From NCBI GenBank assembly GCA_002104945.1, contig MCFH01000030.1, forward strand, positions 496,001 to 560,000: a DNA stretch of 64,000 nucleotides. Direction: 5' to 3'. This document shows, piece after piece, positions 22,920-37,428 of this stretch; the stretch's first letter is position 1; every line of letters starts with the position of its first letter. The translations under genes and the position numbers were made by a program. The DNA comes from Piromyces finnis finn. Its lineage: Eukaryota; Fungi; Neocallimastigomycota. The notes under the pieces were generated by a model that was not told the DNA's origin, did not search any database, and saw nothing but the letters and a program-made list of their open reading frames with translations.

Positions 22920-24919
22920 TTAATTTATTATTTAATTAATTATAAAGTTAAAACAAAACAATTTAACTTTTCTTTTGATCCACAAATGAATGAATCTATG
23001 ATGTAATACCACTCCTCCATATATTAATGAAATTGATAAAAAAGAAATCCATTTAAAATGAATTGATACAATTTCATTTGAATTGTCAATGGAAAATTAA
23101 TAATAAAATAAATTAAACTTTTTTAACTCTTTATTTTAATTAAATTTAATTAGTTTTAATTTTTTTTTGGAAAATTGAATCTGCTTCTATAAAGTGTAAA
23201 CAATAAAATAAATGAATAAATAAATAATAAATAAATAATACATTTAAATAAAATAAATGGATGGATTTATTTAAAAATAAATAAATTATAAAAGGGAAAT
23301 GAATTAAAACGTTTTTTTAAAAACTTTTAAAAATGATTAGAATGCTGATTCTTATTGACCATCTAATACTATTCAAATCATGGTTTATAAAATAGAAATG
23401 CGGTAAAGAAAATATAGACCTTTTTTTCAATTTTAAAGTAACAAAATTTTACTATCATACTATTGTTTTTACTCTTATTGATAATAATTGTATAAAAAAA
23501 AAAAAAAGTTATTAAAAAGTATACTTTAAATAGTTCATTTTTTTAAAGTTTTCATAATATATGAATTCATTTAATTCGTTTTATTTTGAACTATTTATTA
23601 AAAATAATATATATAAAAAAAATAAAATAATGAATAAAAGGTAGTAATCTTATTAAAAACAAAACTTTTATATTTAAAAAGAATTACTTTAAAAATTCTA
23701 TGTATAAACTTTTAAATTTTATAATAAAAATAAAATTAAAAATTCATTAATTCGTATGATATAAAAATAAATAAAAAAAGTAAAAAAAAAAAAAAAAAAA
23801 GGGGGAATTAGATATGAAAATATACTCCATTATACATAATTATATTTATATTTAATATTATATTTATAGAATTTATTCATTTATTGCTTTTTTTTTTTTT
23901 TTTACTTAGTATTAGTTTGTTGTGTTTGTATTTTGTATTTTGTTGTATTTATTGCTTAAAAAATTTTTTAAAATTTAAAAGCATAAAAAAAAACGAGTTT
24001 ATTCTAATTATTGTTTTCATATCTTATAGAAAACGTAATAGATTTAAAAAAAAAAAATAAAAATATTATTTTTTTTTTATAAAATAAAATTATAATTTAA
24101 AAAAGTGTGAGAATAAAAAATAAAAATAGTAATAATATGGTGTGCTGATTTGTTGTTCAATGTTATTGGTTTTATAGTTGATGTAAAATAAAATTTGGAC
24201 AAAAAAAAAAAAAAACTAAATAGTTATTGAGTAAAATATTGCAAAACAAATAAAGGCTGAAAGATCATCTTTAGGTATTTATCAATAATAAATGATTGAA
24301 AAATATTCTAAAAAAAAAAAAACTAGGTTAAAATTATTCTATAAAAAAATGGGAAAAAAAAAGGATATGCATTATATATATTATATATAATTAATAGAAA
24401 TATTAAAAATGATTACCAATTTTTTTTTTACTATAATCATGATTTATTTATTATTTGTTTTGTTTTTTATTTTGTTTTGTTTTTATTATTTTTATAGAAG
24501 GTGACTTTTTATTTTGATTTATATAATTTTATTTTTGTTTGTTTGTTTAATTTTTATTTATTTTTTTTTCTTTCTTTATTTTGTTTTGCATTTTTCTTTT
24601 TTTCTTTTTTTTTTTTTTTTGCTTATAATCTTCTTTTTTACTTTAAAAACCATAATAACATTATTAATAGTTATTTCCAAAAAAAAAAAAAATAAAATTG
24701 TGTGTTTTGTGTGTGTGTGTGTGTGTAATTCCTTTTCAAAATTTAATTGATAAAAAATAATAATTCAAATCAAAATAAATATATTACCCTGGTCTTTTTG
24801 AAATAGAGTATATAGAGTAAATGGGAATTAAATCCATACGATCCAATAAAAAGATAAAAAAGACCTTTTAACCATTTTATTGCATCCCTTCTTCAAGTTT
24901 AATTATTTAGAGGAGATTT

Positions 24920-27900
24920 TTACTTTGGATGGGATAAGGCCAATTTTAATAATAGATTCTTACGAGCTTGATCTGTAATTTTCTTTTTAAATTCTTCTTC
25001 TTCTTGTCTCTCTTGTTCTTCATCTTCTAATCTGGCTTGATAAACACGTACTAATCTTGGAACCATACGTTGATTACGTGCTGGTTCAACTTCTTCACCA
25101 AGGCATTGAATTGGGAATATACCGTCCATACGCTTATTTTTAACAATACCATAGGCCCATCCATCTTCAAACACTTGTTTAATTTGAACAAAATCACCTT
25201 TTCTTAGTGGAATTTCATCTGGTAATTGTGGTTTATGATCATAAACAACTTCAAATTGCTTGTTTCTACTAATTTTACCAATAGAATAGGAATAAGAAGA
25301 ACTATTGGAAATTATAGAATCCTCAGATGGAGTAGGTGAAATACATTGACCACGGAATGAGTCTGTTGAGGCTAAAGATGGTGATGGAGATACACAATTA
25401 TTATTCATATAATTATATCCTGTTGGTGTAGGAGATCGAAGTTGGTCATGTAATTGTAATGGATTTAAAGAAGATGTAGAAGCCAATGGGCTTAATCTAT
25501 CAAGGGTATGATCTTCTTTAGAATAATTCGATTCATTAATAGAGGTATCAATATTAAGTGATCCCTTTGTGTTACTTGATGTCTTGAAATTTAAATTTGT
25601 TGAAAGATCAAAATCTTCTGATGGATTTTCATTTTGTATAATAAAAGCAGACAAAGCAGATGTTCTTTTATTACTTGTAGAACTATTACCAGAGGCATCC
25701 GATTGAATACTATATCTTCTCTCAACATAATTATTAAATTTTTCTTTAATAGTATCATTATTGATTTCATTAGCAATAGATTGTATTTCCTCATTAATGG
25801 ATTGTTGTATTTTTTTCATTTTTTGGTGTTTGCTTTTCTTTGAGGTAGATTTTGTATTCATAGAATCCATTCTCTTATTAATATGAAGATTTAAAGATGA
25901 TGTTCTTTTATTAAGCTTTAATGGGGGTTGATTGTTAAATAATCCTTTATCTTCGACTATTGGAGGTTTACAATTTGTAATATCATTACTCATTGACTCT
26001 TGAATTGCTTGAATTTTTTGTTCAATTTTTTCCATTTTACTTTCTTTAGAACCATCAGTAACCTCTGAAATTAATTTGAGTTTCTCATCAGTTTTCTCCG
26101 GTTCTATGGCAGCTCCAACTACAGGTTTTAATTCAACCTTTTCTTCTGTTTTTTCTGGTTCTGAAGCTTTTTCAACTACAGATTTTGATTCAACCTTTTC
26201 TTCTGTTTTTTCTGGAATTGATTCAACTACAGATTCAGATTCAACCTTTTCTTCAGTTTCTTCTGATTCTGGAATTGATTCAACTGCAGATTTAGATTCA
26301 ACTTTTTCTTCAATTTCCTCTGGTTCTGAAGTTGCTTCAACTACAGGTTCTGATTCATTTTCTTCTATTTTTTCAGTTTCTTCTGATTCTGGAGTTACTT
26401 CAACTGCAGATTCGGATTCAACCTTTTCTTCAGCTTCTTCTGGTTCTGAAGTTGCTTCAACTACAGGTTCCGATTCAACCTTTTTTTCAGTTTCTTCCGA
26501 TTCTGGAATTGATTCAACTACAGGCTCTGATTCAATCTTTTCTTCAGTTTCTTCTGATTCTGAAACAGTTTCAACTACATGTTCTGATTCAGCCTTTTCT
26601 CCAGCTTCCTCTGATTCTGAAATTGATTCAACTACAGGTTCCGATTCAATCTTTTCTTCAGTTTCTTCTGATTTTGAAACAGTTTCAACTACGTGTTCTG
26701 ATTCAGCCTTTTCTTCAGTTTCCTCTGGTTCTGAAGCAGTTTCAACTACAGGTTCTGATTCATTTTCTTCTATTTTTTCTGGAAATGATTCAACTACAGG
26801 TTCCGATTCAATTTTTTCTTCAATCTCCTCTGGTTCTGGAATTGCTTCAACTGCAGATTCCGATTCAACCTTTTCTTCAGTTTCTTCTGGTTCTGGAATT
26901 GATTCAACTACAGGTTCCGATTCAACCTTTTCTTCAGTTTCCTCTGGTTCTGAAACAGTTTCAACTACAGGTTCCGATTCAATCTTTTCTTCAGTTTCCT
27001 CTGGTTCTGAAACAGTTTCAACTACATATTCTGATTCAATTTTTTCTTCAATCTCTTCTGGTTCTGGAGTTGCTTCAACTGCAGATTCCGATTTAACCTT
27101 TTCTTCAGTTTCTTCTGGTTCTGGAGTTGCTTCAACTGCAGATTCCGATTCAACCTTTTCTTCAGTTTCTTCTGATTCTGGAATTGATTCAACTACAGGC
27201 TCTGATTCAATCTTTTCTTCAGTTTCCTCTGGCTCTGAAACAGTTTCAACTACAGGTTCTGATTCATTTTCTTCTATTTTTTCTGGAATTAATTCAACTA
27301 CAGGTTCCGGTTCAATCTTATCTTCAGTTTCTTCTGGTTCTGGAATTGTTTCAACTACAGGTTTTGATCCAACTTTTTCTAATTCTGGGACAGGTCCAAC
27401 TACATTTGCAACATTATCAATTACTAAATTTTTGGTTTCATCAACCGATGCATCAATAATAGCAACTTCATTTATTTTATCCACTTTATTCTCTATTGCA
27501 GAAACATTAACTTCAATATTAATCTCTAATTCTTTATCTTTCATAATGGCAAACGAATGAGATTTATCATCTTCGTTATTATATTTAGTGCTTTCAAATG
27601 AATTAGTATTTATTGGTATTATTTTTTCAGTATTATCCATATTTTCTTCATTTGTTGTATTATCGAGTTCAAAACTGCTAATTGAATCGTCACTCAAAGT
27701 AACAGGATTTATTTTTACATCCATAGTTTCACTTTTTTCTTCTGATTCAGAAATAAGATTATTTGCTTTTTCAGAAATTTGAGATGAAATATCATTATTT
27801 TTTTCGGACGTTGTTGTAGAATGTTGTGAAGAGTATGTATCATTTGCAAATTCATTTTCAACATTTTTAAATTGATCTTCATTTGATTCCTTTTCATTCT

Positions 27901-28989
27901 TTGATGAAGATATTATGTTATTTTCATTTAAAGATTGTTGATTGTTACTTGAATAAGATTCCTCTAAAGAAGAATCACTTAAATCTAAAGGTTTTAAACT
28001 TTTATTAATTAAAGTTTTTTCATCATTCATATTTATGCCAGAATTACTATATGAAATATCTTCCTCTTCTTCTTCCTCTGAGATTTCACTTTTTTTACTA
28101 TTTTTACTTATCATTGATCTCTTACTCTTTATTGAGCATTTTTCTTTTATTACTGAATCTTCAAAAATATTATTATTTTCTACCGATTGAATATCAATAT
28201 TATTAATAACTTCAATCTTATTTATACCAACTAATATTTTTTTAGGCACTTCTATAGATTCTTCTACATTTTATAATATTTAATCAATGAATAATTGTTA
28301 GTAACATTGGATTTATTTATACTAATATCAAATTATAATATTAAAAATAATAAAATATTAATAATATTTATTTTTTGTTATTTACCTGTAAAGAATAATG
28401 GAGTATTTTCAATGTATGAAGTTTCACTTTCGGGTATCTTGGTATCAGTTATTTCTTGAGTTTTCAAATTGTTCAATTCATTTTCAAAAACATTATAATT
28501 TTCAAGGGTTGGAGAAAAATAAGTATTATTAACACTATTATTTGGCTTTGGTATATTGCTTTGAGAAAATGAATTTACTTCAATAATACATGATTCATCT
28601 TTATTATTGATATATTTATCAAAGATATTAGTGATGTCGATAGAAAGGTTTGAATTACCTTTAACTTCTGAGAAATTAATACTGTCAAATTCAATGTTTT
28701 CATATATTTGATCTGAGATGTCAACATCAATATCTGAAATCTTGGAACTTTTAGAGCTTTTATTTTTTGTTTTTTTATAACAATCTTTTATGGCGTCCAA
28801 CCATATTGATTTTGTAAAATATAATAAAGAGCTAAGAATGAATAATATAACTATGACAATAAATATCTTTAAATTAGTATTTCCATTATTTTCATTATTA
28901 TCATTATTATTATCAATTAATGGCTTTGTATATATTTTTTGGGTAAAATAACTAAATAATAAGAATAAAGCTATTATTACTTCTGGCAT
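24920..28989 (-). CDS. Membrane protein with long acidic repeat and C-terminal SH3 domain; 2 exons (28989-28386, 28251-24920), about 1311 aa
   Basis: Donor ACAG|GTAAAT at 28385 and acceptor CTATAG|AA at 28252 are phase-compatible (G+AA = Glu), joining the 203-aa ORF (signal peptide-like N-terminus plus TM IFIVIVILFILSSLLYF) to the 1109-aa ORF. SH3 motif: VVYDHKPQLPDEIPLRKGDFVQIKQVFEDGWAYG...GIFP. Confidence 0.8.
26090..27370 (-). repeat. Coding tandem repeat, about 57 bp / 19 aa (EPVVETVSEPEETEEKIES-like), roughly 22 units
   Basis: Visible in both DNA and protein, with occasional shortened units (EKIEENES). Confidence 0.9.
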
Positions 28990-30887
28990 AGTTAATAGTA
29001 AAAATGAATAAATAAATGAATATAAATAAAATGTTTAAAATTTATATATTACTAAAAAAAAACCCTAAAATATATTTAAAAGAGTAATATATATGATATA
29101 ATATATATGGTTTATTAAAAATTTGTTTTCTAATAGTTTTTAAATAAATTAATTATTGTTAATTATTTTAAAAATAGTATAATTAATATAAATTTATGAT
29201 TTTAAAATAATTATTATATTTATTGAGCTTGTAATCTTAATAAATTAATTTGGTATTATTAATTTAAAAATATTTAAAATTTTTATATTCATTTATTATT
29301 TATTTATTTATTTAAATAGATAGAAAAGAAGCTTTATTAAAATCTATTAATTCTAATATATAAGCTTATTACAAATAAATTAATAGTTTAATAACACAAA
29401 TAAATTAGTTTTTAAATATTAATGTGTTAATCTTGACTTTTACTTATTATTATTTTTTAAAAAAAAAATAAATAAGTATTAAAGAGGTACAAATATATAC
29501 TATTTATTAATTTATTTACTTTTTAATTATTGTATATTAATTTACTTAATATTACTGAAATATCAATAAAAAAAACTCAACTCTTTTCTATACAAAAATA
29601 AATACTTTATTATTTATTTTATTTTTTCTTTTATATTAGTTATTTACTTTTTTGTTTATTTGATTTTTATTCTATTTGAATATGACATGATTATTTTACT
29701 ATTAAAATTAATCATTAAATTAATATTAAAAACAATATTACAAATTTAATTATTGTATATATTATTATTGAATAAATACGATATTTTATCAATATCTCAA
29801 TATTCAATACTTTAATAAAGTTGCAATATTTCTTTTAAGAAAAAATAATTGAAATTAAATAATTTTATTTTTTGAAATAAATATAAATTATTAAAAAAAT
29901 AATTATAATTTTCAACTATTTCATTTGTTAAATTCTTTATTTAACTGTTCATTTTATTATTTATAATGCCTTTTCTTTTTGATATATTGTTCTTTTTTTT
30001 TTTATACTTTTTGTATTTAGATTAAACAATAATTTAAGGCATCATTCTATTTATTATTTTTCTTATTTTTTTTATTTAGATAAAAAAAAAAAATTTAGGA
30101 TTATATTTTTTTTAGTATTAAATTGTTAATTAAACTTCCATAATAATATTGTAATATATGGATTGTATATACTATCAATATATTAGGCTTTAATAAACTC
30201 AAAACATAATATATTGCCGTATATATTTATGCTTATAAAAATATTAATTAATTAGTCATGAATTAAATGATTATATTATGATTTTATAAATAAATAATAC
30301 TAAGATACTAAATTTGTAAAGTTTAATAAAACGCTTTTGATCCAAATAGAAATTAATTAAAAGTTTACTAATAAATTTAATTTTAATTAAACACCATGTT
30401 GTGTAACATAAATTTAAAACTTTTTAATATTTTATTAAATAATAAAAAAAATAGAGAAGAAATAACAATAATAACAATAAAAAAAAGGTTCTAATTGAGA
30501 ACTATTTAATTAATAAAACCTTTATTTTATATCTGTAAATTTGCCTTTATTATATATTAATTAATTCAATAGTTGAACGTTTACTAAGACATTGTAAAAA
30601 AAATTATATTCTTTTCATAAGGAATTCTATTTTATAATTATTTTATAAAAATATAGATAAAGTTATTATTATCTCCACAGAATTTTAATTTTTGAAATAT
30701 GTATTAATTGTTAATTTCAGTATTAGTATTGATATTAGTATTTTCATAAGCAATACTAACATATACCATTGTTCTATCTATAATAATTCTATAATAATAA
30801 TTAATATTGATAATAATTGATAATAATATAAATATTAATAATCTTATCATTATCATGGAAATTATTATTTATAGGGGAAGAAGTACC

Positions 30888-30890
30888 TAT

Positions 30891-30969
<79 letters not shown>

Positions 30970-30971
30970 TT
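30888..30971. repeat. (TATT)n microsatellite, about 21 copies
   Basis: Direct reading of the sequence. Confidence 0.95.
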
Positions 30972-32196
30972 GTATTAATAGTAAATTTTAAAATAAATTA
31001 ATTATTAATAAATTTCCATTTAATTAATATAAAAAATCTCCATTAATTTTATCTTCACATCAAAATGGAGATTTTATTTTTCCGATTTAATAAAGTATAA
31101 TCAATAATATTTTCTAAATAATAAAATAATAAATATATGAAAAAAGAACTTAATATTTTTTTTTTTTGGTATTATTAGTATAAATATTTGCATATATATA
31201 AATATTAATATAATAATAAAAATTAAAATGAATAAACCACTTTTTTATTTAAACAATTAAAAATATTTGAATTTATTTTATACCTTATAATATTTTGTAG
31301 CAAAATTATAATTCATAGTTGTTTTTGTTTTTGTTATGATAAAGAGGAAAATACAACTTTTGTTTTATCTATTTAACTTTTAAAATTAAATATTTATCTA
31401 ATTACAATAGGTGGTAAATAAAATAAAATTAAAAAAAAAAACTATTAAAGTTACCATAATAATCTGAAAATTAAATTGTGAGATATATACTTAATACCTT
31501 ATACTAATTATTATTAAAAGTTATTTAATAAAAATATGTTTTATTGAAAATATTATTTGTGTTTTTTTATTTATTTTATTTTATTTTAAATAATAAATTA
31601 TTTGTTTTTTGTTTTTTTTTACTATTTTAATTGACCAATTTTAAAATTGATATGGCAAAATAAATTAATAGAAAATAAATATATATATATATATATATAT
31701 TTCTACAATGTGTAGATCTGATAAAATATTTAAACAATTTTATAATAATTATTAATTATTTGTTCTATCACTGAATATTTTTATATTGATGTTAATTAAA
31801 AAAGAAAAAAAAATAATAAATATATAATAAATGATAAAGGTAATAATATACAAATTTATAATAATAGTTTAAGTTTTTAAATATTAATTGTTGAAATGAA
31901 TAAATATTAAAAAATTGTTGTTTTTTTTTTGTTTTTTTTTTTTTGTTTTTTTTTTTTTTTGAAAAATTTTAACTTTAATTTGCTCTTGCAATATATATCT
32001 ATAAATACATTGTATAAGCAAAATCTCTATATTTATAGATAGAGATTATTGTTGTCATTAATTTCTGATTTGTTTTACTTTATCATAAACACATTTTAAA
32101 ACTATAAAAGTATTTAATAACTTAATAGTAAAATTTAATTTGTAATGACTATAGCTTTTTTCTATATATAATAATAATTAAAAAATTAAAAGAAAA

Positions 32197-35100
32197 TCAT
32201 AAAAATGGTAAATTAACAAATGGTATGGATAGATTTGGTGAACTTTTTGTTTGATTAGAAGAAGAATCAGTAGTGGTATTGGATGTTGTCGATTTAGTAG
32301 TAGTGGTGGTGGTGGATGGTAAAGGATTTACTGTGCCACTGCTTCTTAAGGTATTTAAAAGGTTTAATTGAGAAGTAATATCTGTAGAAGTAGCTAATGC
32401 ATTTGTCATTGCAGGATTAGCCATCATTAATGAATATAAATTTGGGTCAGGAGTTGATGTTGTTGATAAACCACTCATATCAAATAATTGATTTAAATAA
32501 AGGTTCATATTCAGGTTTTGCATAAGATCGGCCGAGGCTGTATTGGTATTAATGATTGGAACTGTACTTGAAGCAGTACCAACATTGGTATCCGCCATAG
32601 CTGATGATGCTGATAATGTTGTGGGCAAGGTTGATTCTTTAGATATTGATATGTTATTTATTTTAGTTGCCGAAGAAATATTGTTTTTTTCACCATCTAA
32701 AGATATTGGTATATTAAGACTAGAAATAGAATTTGTAATACTTGAACTAGAACTTAATCCAGCATTTAAGGAATTTAATAATGCATTTGCATCCGTAGAA
32801 ATATCATTTATATTAGTATCAGAAGGATGTTTATTATTATCGTTATTTGAAACATTGAAAGAATCGGATAAAATGGCAGAAGTATCAGTGTCCATTAAAT
32901 CAGAAGAAAGTAAAGGGGTTGACAAACTTTTGGGTATTTCATCAACAGAAGTTGTTGTCGCTGTCATATTAATTTTTGAAGTTGCTTCCGGTAATGTTTT
33001 GGATGCACTTGAAGTGGTAGTAGGGGCAATGGAAGTAACTAATGCCAATGCAAATGGATTAGTTAAATCACTTCCAAGATATGGGTTTAAAGATGATGCA
33101 ACATTAGAATTTGATGAAGTACTCTGAGCAGTTTGAAGTGCAGAAAGAATAGATGGATCACATAAAGATGGTATTGGAGGAGGTGTAGCTAATTGTGATA
33201 AATTAGTATTGAGAAGAGAATCTCTTGAAGCTAATGAATTCAATGATTGATAATAGAGTAATGAGGAAGGATCTGGTGGTGTACCAAAAGGTAAAAGGCT
33301 ATTAATAAATGGATTGGTAAGTGTTGCTGAAGAAACCGGATTATTACTACGAGTACGGTTCATTGATGATAATAAACTTAAATATTGATTAAAACTACCC
33401 AGTTGGGATAAAGTATTAAAATCAAATGAAGAGGTTGTTTTCACAGGCTTAGGGGTAATATTCTTATATTTTGTAGGTGTACGATTTACACCTAAGATTG
33501 GAGATGATTGAGCGGAAAGAGATGTTGGTCGAGAGTTAATACGGGGTGAATTCATACGAGGTGACATACGTGGTGAATTATTTAATGATAAGGATTTCAC
33601 TTTTGGAGTAGTAGCAGAAAAGAATGGAGAAGTTATAGAAGATGATTTTGCAGATGCAGGAGCAATCGAATGATTAAGAAGAGCAGATTTTAAAAGATTT
33701 GGACGAAGAATTTCCTCATCTTTCCTACGTTGGGGCAATAGAATAGGAGAGCTGTAACTCTTTGATTTTTTGATGGAAGAGTTATTAGATATAGATGAAA
33801 TAGATGCTGGTATTGTAATTGAAGATTTTGATTTTAACACACTAGGTGAACTTGTTAAATTACTTAATAAACTATTACTACTAAATAAATCTAAAGATCC
33901 TGGCTGAACTCCAAGATTATCAGAAGTGATAGTAGATGGATTAATAGATGAGGAAATAGGAAGTGTAGATAAATTACTTAAAGGAGAATTTGTAAGAGAA
34001 TGAAAATCTAATATACTATTTGAGGATGTAGTAGGATTGGCTAAAGAAGATATTAAGTTACTTGTTGATAATCCAGTAATATTAGTATTTGAGGTTTTAT
34101 CAAGTGTTTCTGATAGGTCAGCTGGCTTAATATTGATTTTTACCTTTGGATCAGCTTTATTTAAAGCAATATTTGTATTTAGATTTGTAGATGCATTTAA
34201 AACTGACAAATTTGAAACAGCATCAGCAGAAGTATTATTAGCTTTTCCTGGAAGGGTTGTTTGAATTTGAGCTGTTAAAGTGGGTTGATGAGAACTAGAA
34301 TTAGATGTTGATGAGGAAGTATTAGCATCATTTACACTACTGACAATTACATCATAATTCATATCCTGCGATAATGATAAAGCTAATTGACTGGATGAAA
34401 GATTTTGTGATAATCCTGTTAGATTAGAAAGACCTACAAGATATGGATTAGATTTAGTAGTTTTTGGTAATAAATCAACATTTTTCTTTCCTTTAGTAGT
34501 AGTTGGAAGGGAAGAAGCGGTAGAAAGATTAGAAATATTCATATTAGAGAGATCTGATGAGTTATTTAGATTTATAATATTTGAAATAAGACCATTTATT
34601 TTAGAAGGATCAGAGTTATCAATAAGACTAGTAAGATCTTGCAAATTTGTGATATTTGATAGATTTGAAAGGTTTGTTAAATCTGTCACATCAGAAATGT
34701 CCATTACCTTTGATGTAGATTTAACAACATCAGATATTGGAGTTGAAGAAGATTGAGAAATACTATCTGAAAGTAAAATTTTTGGTCTTATGTGAGGCGT
34801 AACAGTTCTATTAGTATTATCAATGGTAATAATATTAGAACTTGTACTATTTGACTTTCCATTAACTTTCTTCCTACGAGGAGCAATTAAGTCACCCATT
34901 GTTCTTTTCCTATTTAAAGGTAATCCTGTACTTGAAGAAGGAGGAGTAACTGAATGATTTGGAATCGATATAGAAGTAATAGGTTGAGATGTTGATGGTG
35001 TAGGTGAAGAAATAATACTAACTATAGATGAATTATGAGTAGAATTTTGACTTGTTTTAACCTCATCATCACTCGTGAGATCTATTATTGATCCACCAGC

Positions 35101-37428
35101 CTTCATTTCTATTAATTAATTAAAAAATAAAATAAAATAAATAAAAATATATTATAAAAATGTTACTTTAATATGGAATTAAATTTTGTTGGTTTTATAG
35201 TATTTATTATATAATAATACCTTCTTCTAATTTTTTAAAATATAAATCTTCTTCTTCATCAATCTCTTCATCAATTATTAGGTTTTCTTCTAAAGTTTGA
35301 TCGATATGCCAAGTTCCATTAACTTCAACTACAATAGAATCAACATTCATTGAGACATTATTGAGAATATCCTGAATATAGCCATCCATTACTAAAGATT
35401 TCCACGTATATCGAATATTACATACTGGACATTTCCAATTAGGAGATTTTTCATTTAATTGTAAATATGATGTAAGATCAAAACATTGAACATGAGTACA
35501 CTCTTTAAATCTACATGGTGTTTTTATTCTTGCTCTTGATATCTATAATAAAAAATAGCAATGATAATATGCGATAAAAAATTATTTAATTAAATTAAAT
35601 ATAGTGATGTTAATATTACTCATTACAATGATAAAGAAACTAATTTAAACTTACAGGACATCTTAATGAAACAATTGAACTAGTAGTTTCAATTTCGTCA
35701 TCACTTCCTTTTTTTAAATTTAATCCTAATTTTTAAGTAGTCAATAATAAATTATTATTAATAATAGCATATTATTAATAATAAATTTACTAAAACAATA
35801 ATTTTTATTTAACTTATTTTCAAAAAAAAAAAAAAAAAAAACTAACTTTGTCTTAATATTTCTTCTTTAGAAAGATAATTTTTCTTAATATTATTAACAG
35901 CTTCTTGTAAGGTAATATATTCACATATAATAATTTTTACAACAAAATCTTTCCACTTTTAAGAATAATTAATTAATAATATATATATATATTATTTAAT
36001 TTATTAAAGTATTAATTGATGTTATTAAAAATATAAAATTATTTAATGAATTACCTTTGATGAAATAAATTCTGATAAGAATCTTATTTCATTCATATTA
36101 CTTTCTTTTTTCTTTCTACAATAATGAGTTATATCAACTGGTTTTGTGGTCCAGGCTTTATTATGTTTCCTTGTAACCTCCTTTTAAATTAATATTGAAT
36201 GAGAATTATTTGAACATCAATTTATAAATTACTAATTTAAATAGTATATATATTCCTTACATCCATTCCATTAACTGTAAGTTCGTTTATTCTTAAAACA
36301 GGATTACAAGGATATTGAATAGGACAATCTGTTTTATTCTTTAAAGATTCTTCAGCACTGTGTTGGGAAGCACAATATAACAATATTTTATATTTATCAT
36401 TGTTTTTACTATATAAAATTTAGCATTAAATTTAATTTTAATTTAAATTTTGATTTTATAATTTTTCTTTCGTATTATATTATAATTTATTATCCATTTT
36501 ATTTAATACAAAAATAAGTAATTACTTTTGAAATAAATATGATTGTTCTTCATTCAATACAAATCTTATTAGCACTATAAAATATACGAAAATAATAAAA
36601 TGTAATTATACAAATTTCAAAATATGAAATTTTTAATTGTATTAGAATTAGAATAGTATAAAAATATAATATAATATAATATAATATAATATAATATATC
36701 TATGAAATATAAATTATACAAAAAAAATAAAATAAAGGCATATTAAACTTACAACTATGTGGAACTTCTCCACAATAAAGAGTTTGAATATGTTTTATAA
36801 ATGGAGTTTTTACAAAAACTATATCCTTGTATATGTCTTTTGGTTGTTGATTTTGAGTTATGAGTTGCTTATTTTTCCTTTTATCAATATTATCTATTGT
36901 TTTTGTTATCCCTTCTACTATACTAGTTATATTTATATAATTTATTAAATTGTGTTAACATATAAAAAATAATTATTCATAAATATAATATTATAGAATA
37001 TAAATTTAAAATTAAATTTTTACGTTGTATTCTTATTAAGATACCGATAGAGTAATTGACTAACAACAGTTAAACTATGGATATCACTTGTTTGGCCGAT
37101 TTTTCTTAAATATAATTTTAAATTTTCAATCAAAGTATCTTTATTCCCACTTCTTTTTAAACCCAAACTTCTTAAAATATCCCTTAAATCAGCTACCTTT
37201 AAATGGTGAAAAGGTAATTGTAATAAATTCTAAAATAATAATATATAATTGAATATTATATATACATTAATAGCTTTCCAAATAAAAAAAAAAAAAGTAA
37301 TAAGGATATTGATAGTTATAACTAATATATAAAATAAATTATATTGTATAATATTTAAATATAACAAAGTATATTATGTGCATGTATATTAATAATAAAA
37401 AAAAAATTACATTAACTTGAGTTTGCAT
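32197..37428 (-). CDS. SIZ1: SIZ/PIAS-family SUMO E3 ligase (SAP, PINIT, SP-RING, SIM, long low-complexity tail), multi-exon
   Basis: SAP-like LKVADLRDILRSLGLKRSGNKDTLI (about 37.2 kb), PINIT-start VFVKTPF (36.8 kb), and SP-RING SLRCP|ISRARIKTPCRFKECTHVQCFD...WKCPVC (35.7-35.4 kb). SIM IIDLTSDDE lies at the start of the last exon (35108-32197). The first exon MQTQVN (37428-37411) is inferred from splice signals. Confidence 0.9.

Noticed and set aside
26076-27560. 494-aa antisense Ser-rich ORF (and 26332-27096, 27127-27459)
   Set aside because: This frame shares third codon positions with the sense gene, so stops arise only opposite Tyr/His/Gln codons, which the repeat nearly lacks. It is a shadow ORF.
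29059-29069. AAACCCTAAA telomere-like motif
   Set aside because: Only one repeat in an A-run, with no flanking hairpins or pseudoknot.
32543-34264. Plus-strand ORFs 32543-33127 and 34037-34264
   Set aside because: Antisense shadows of the low-complexity SIZ tail.
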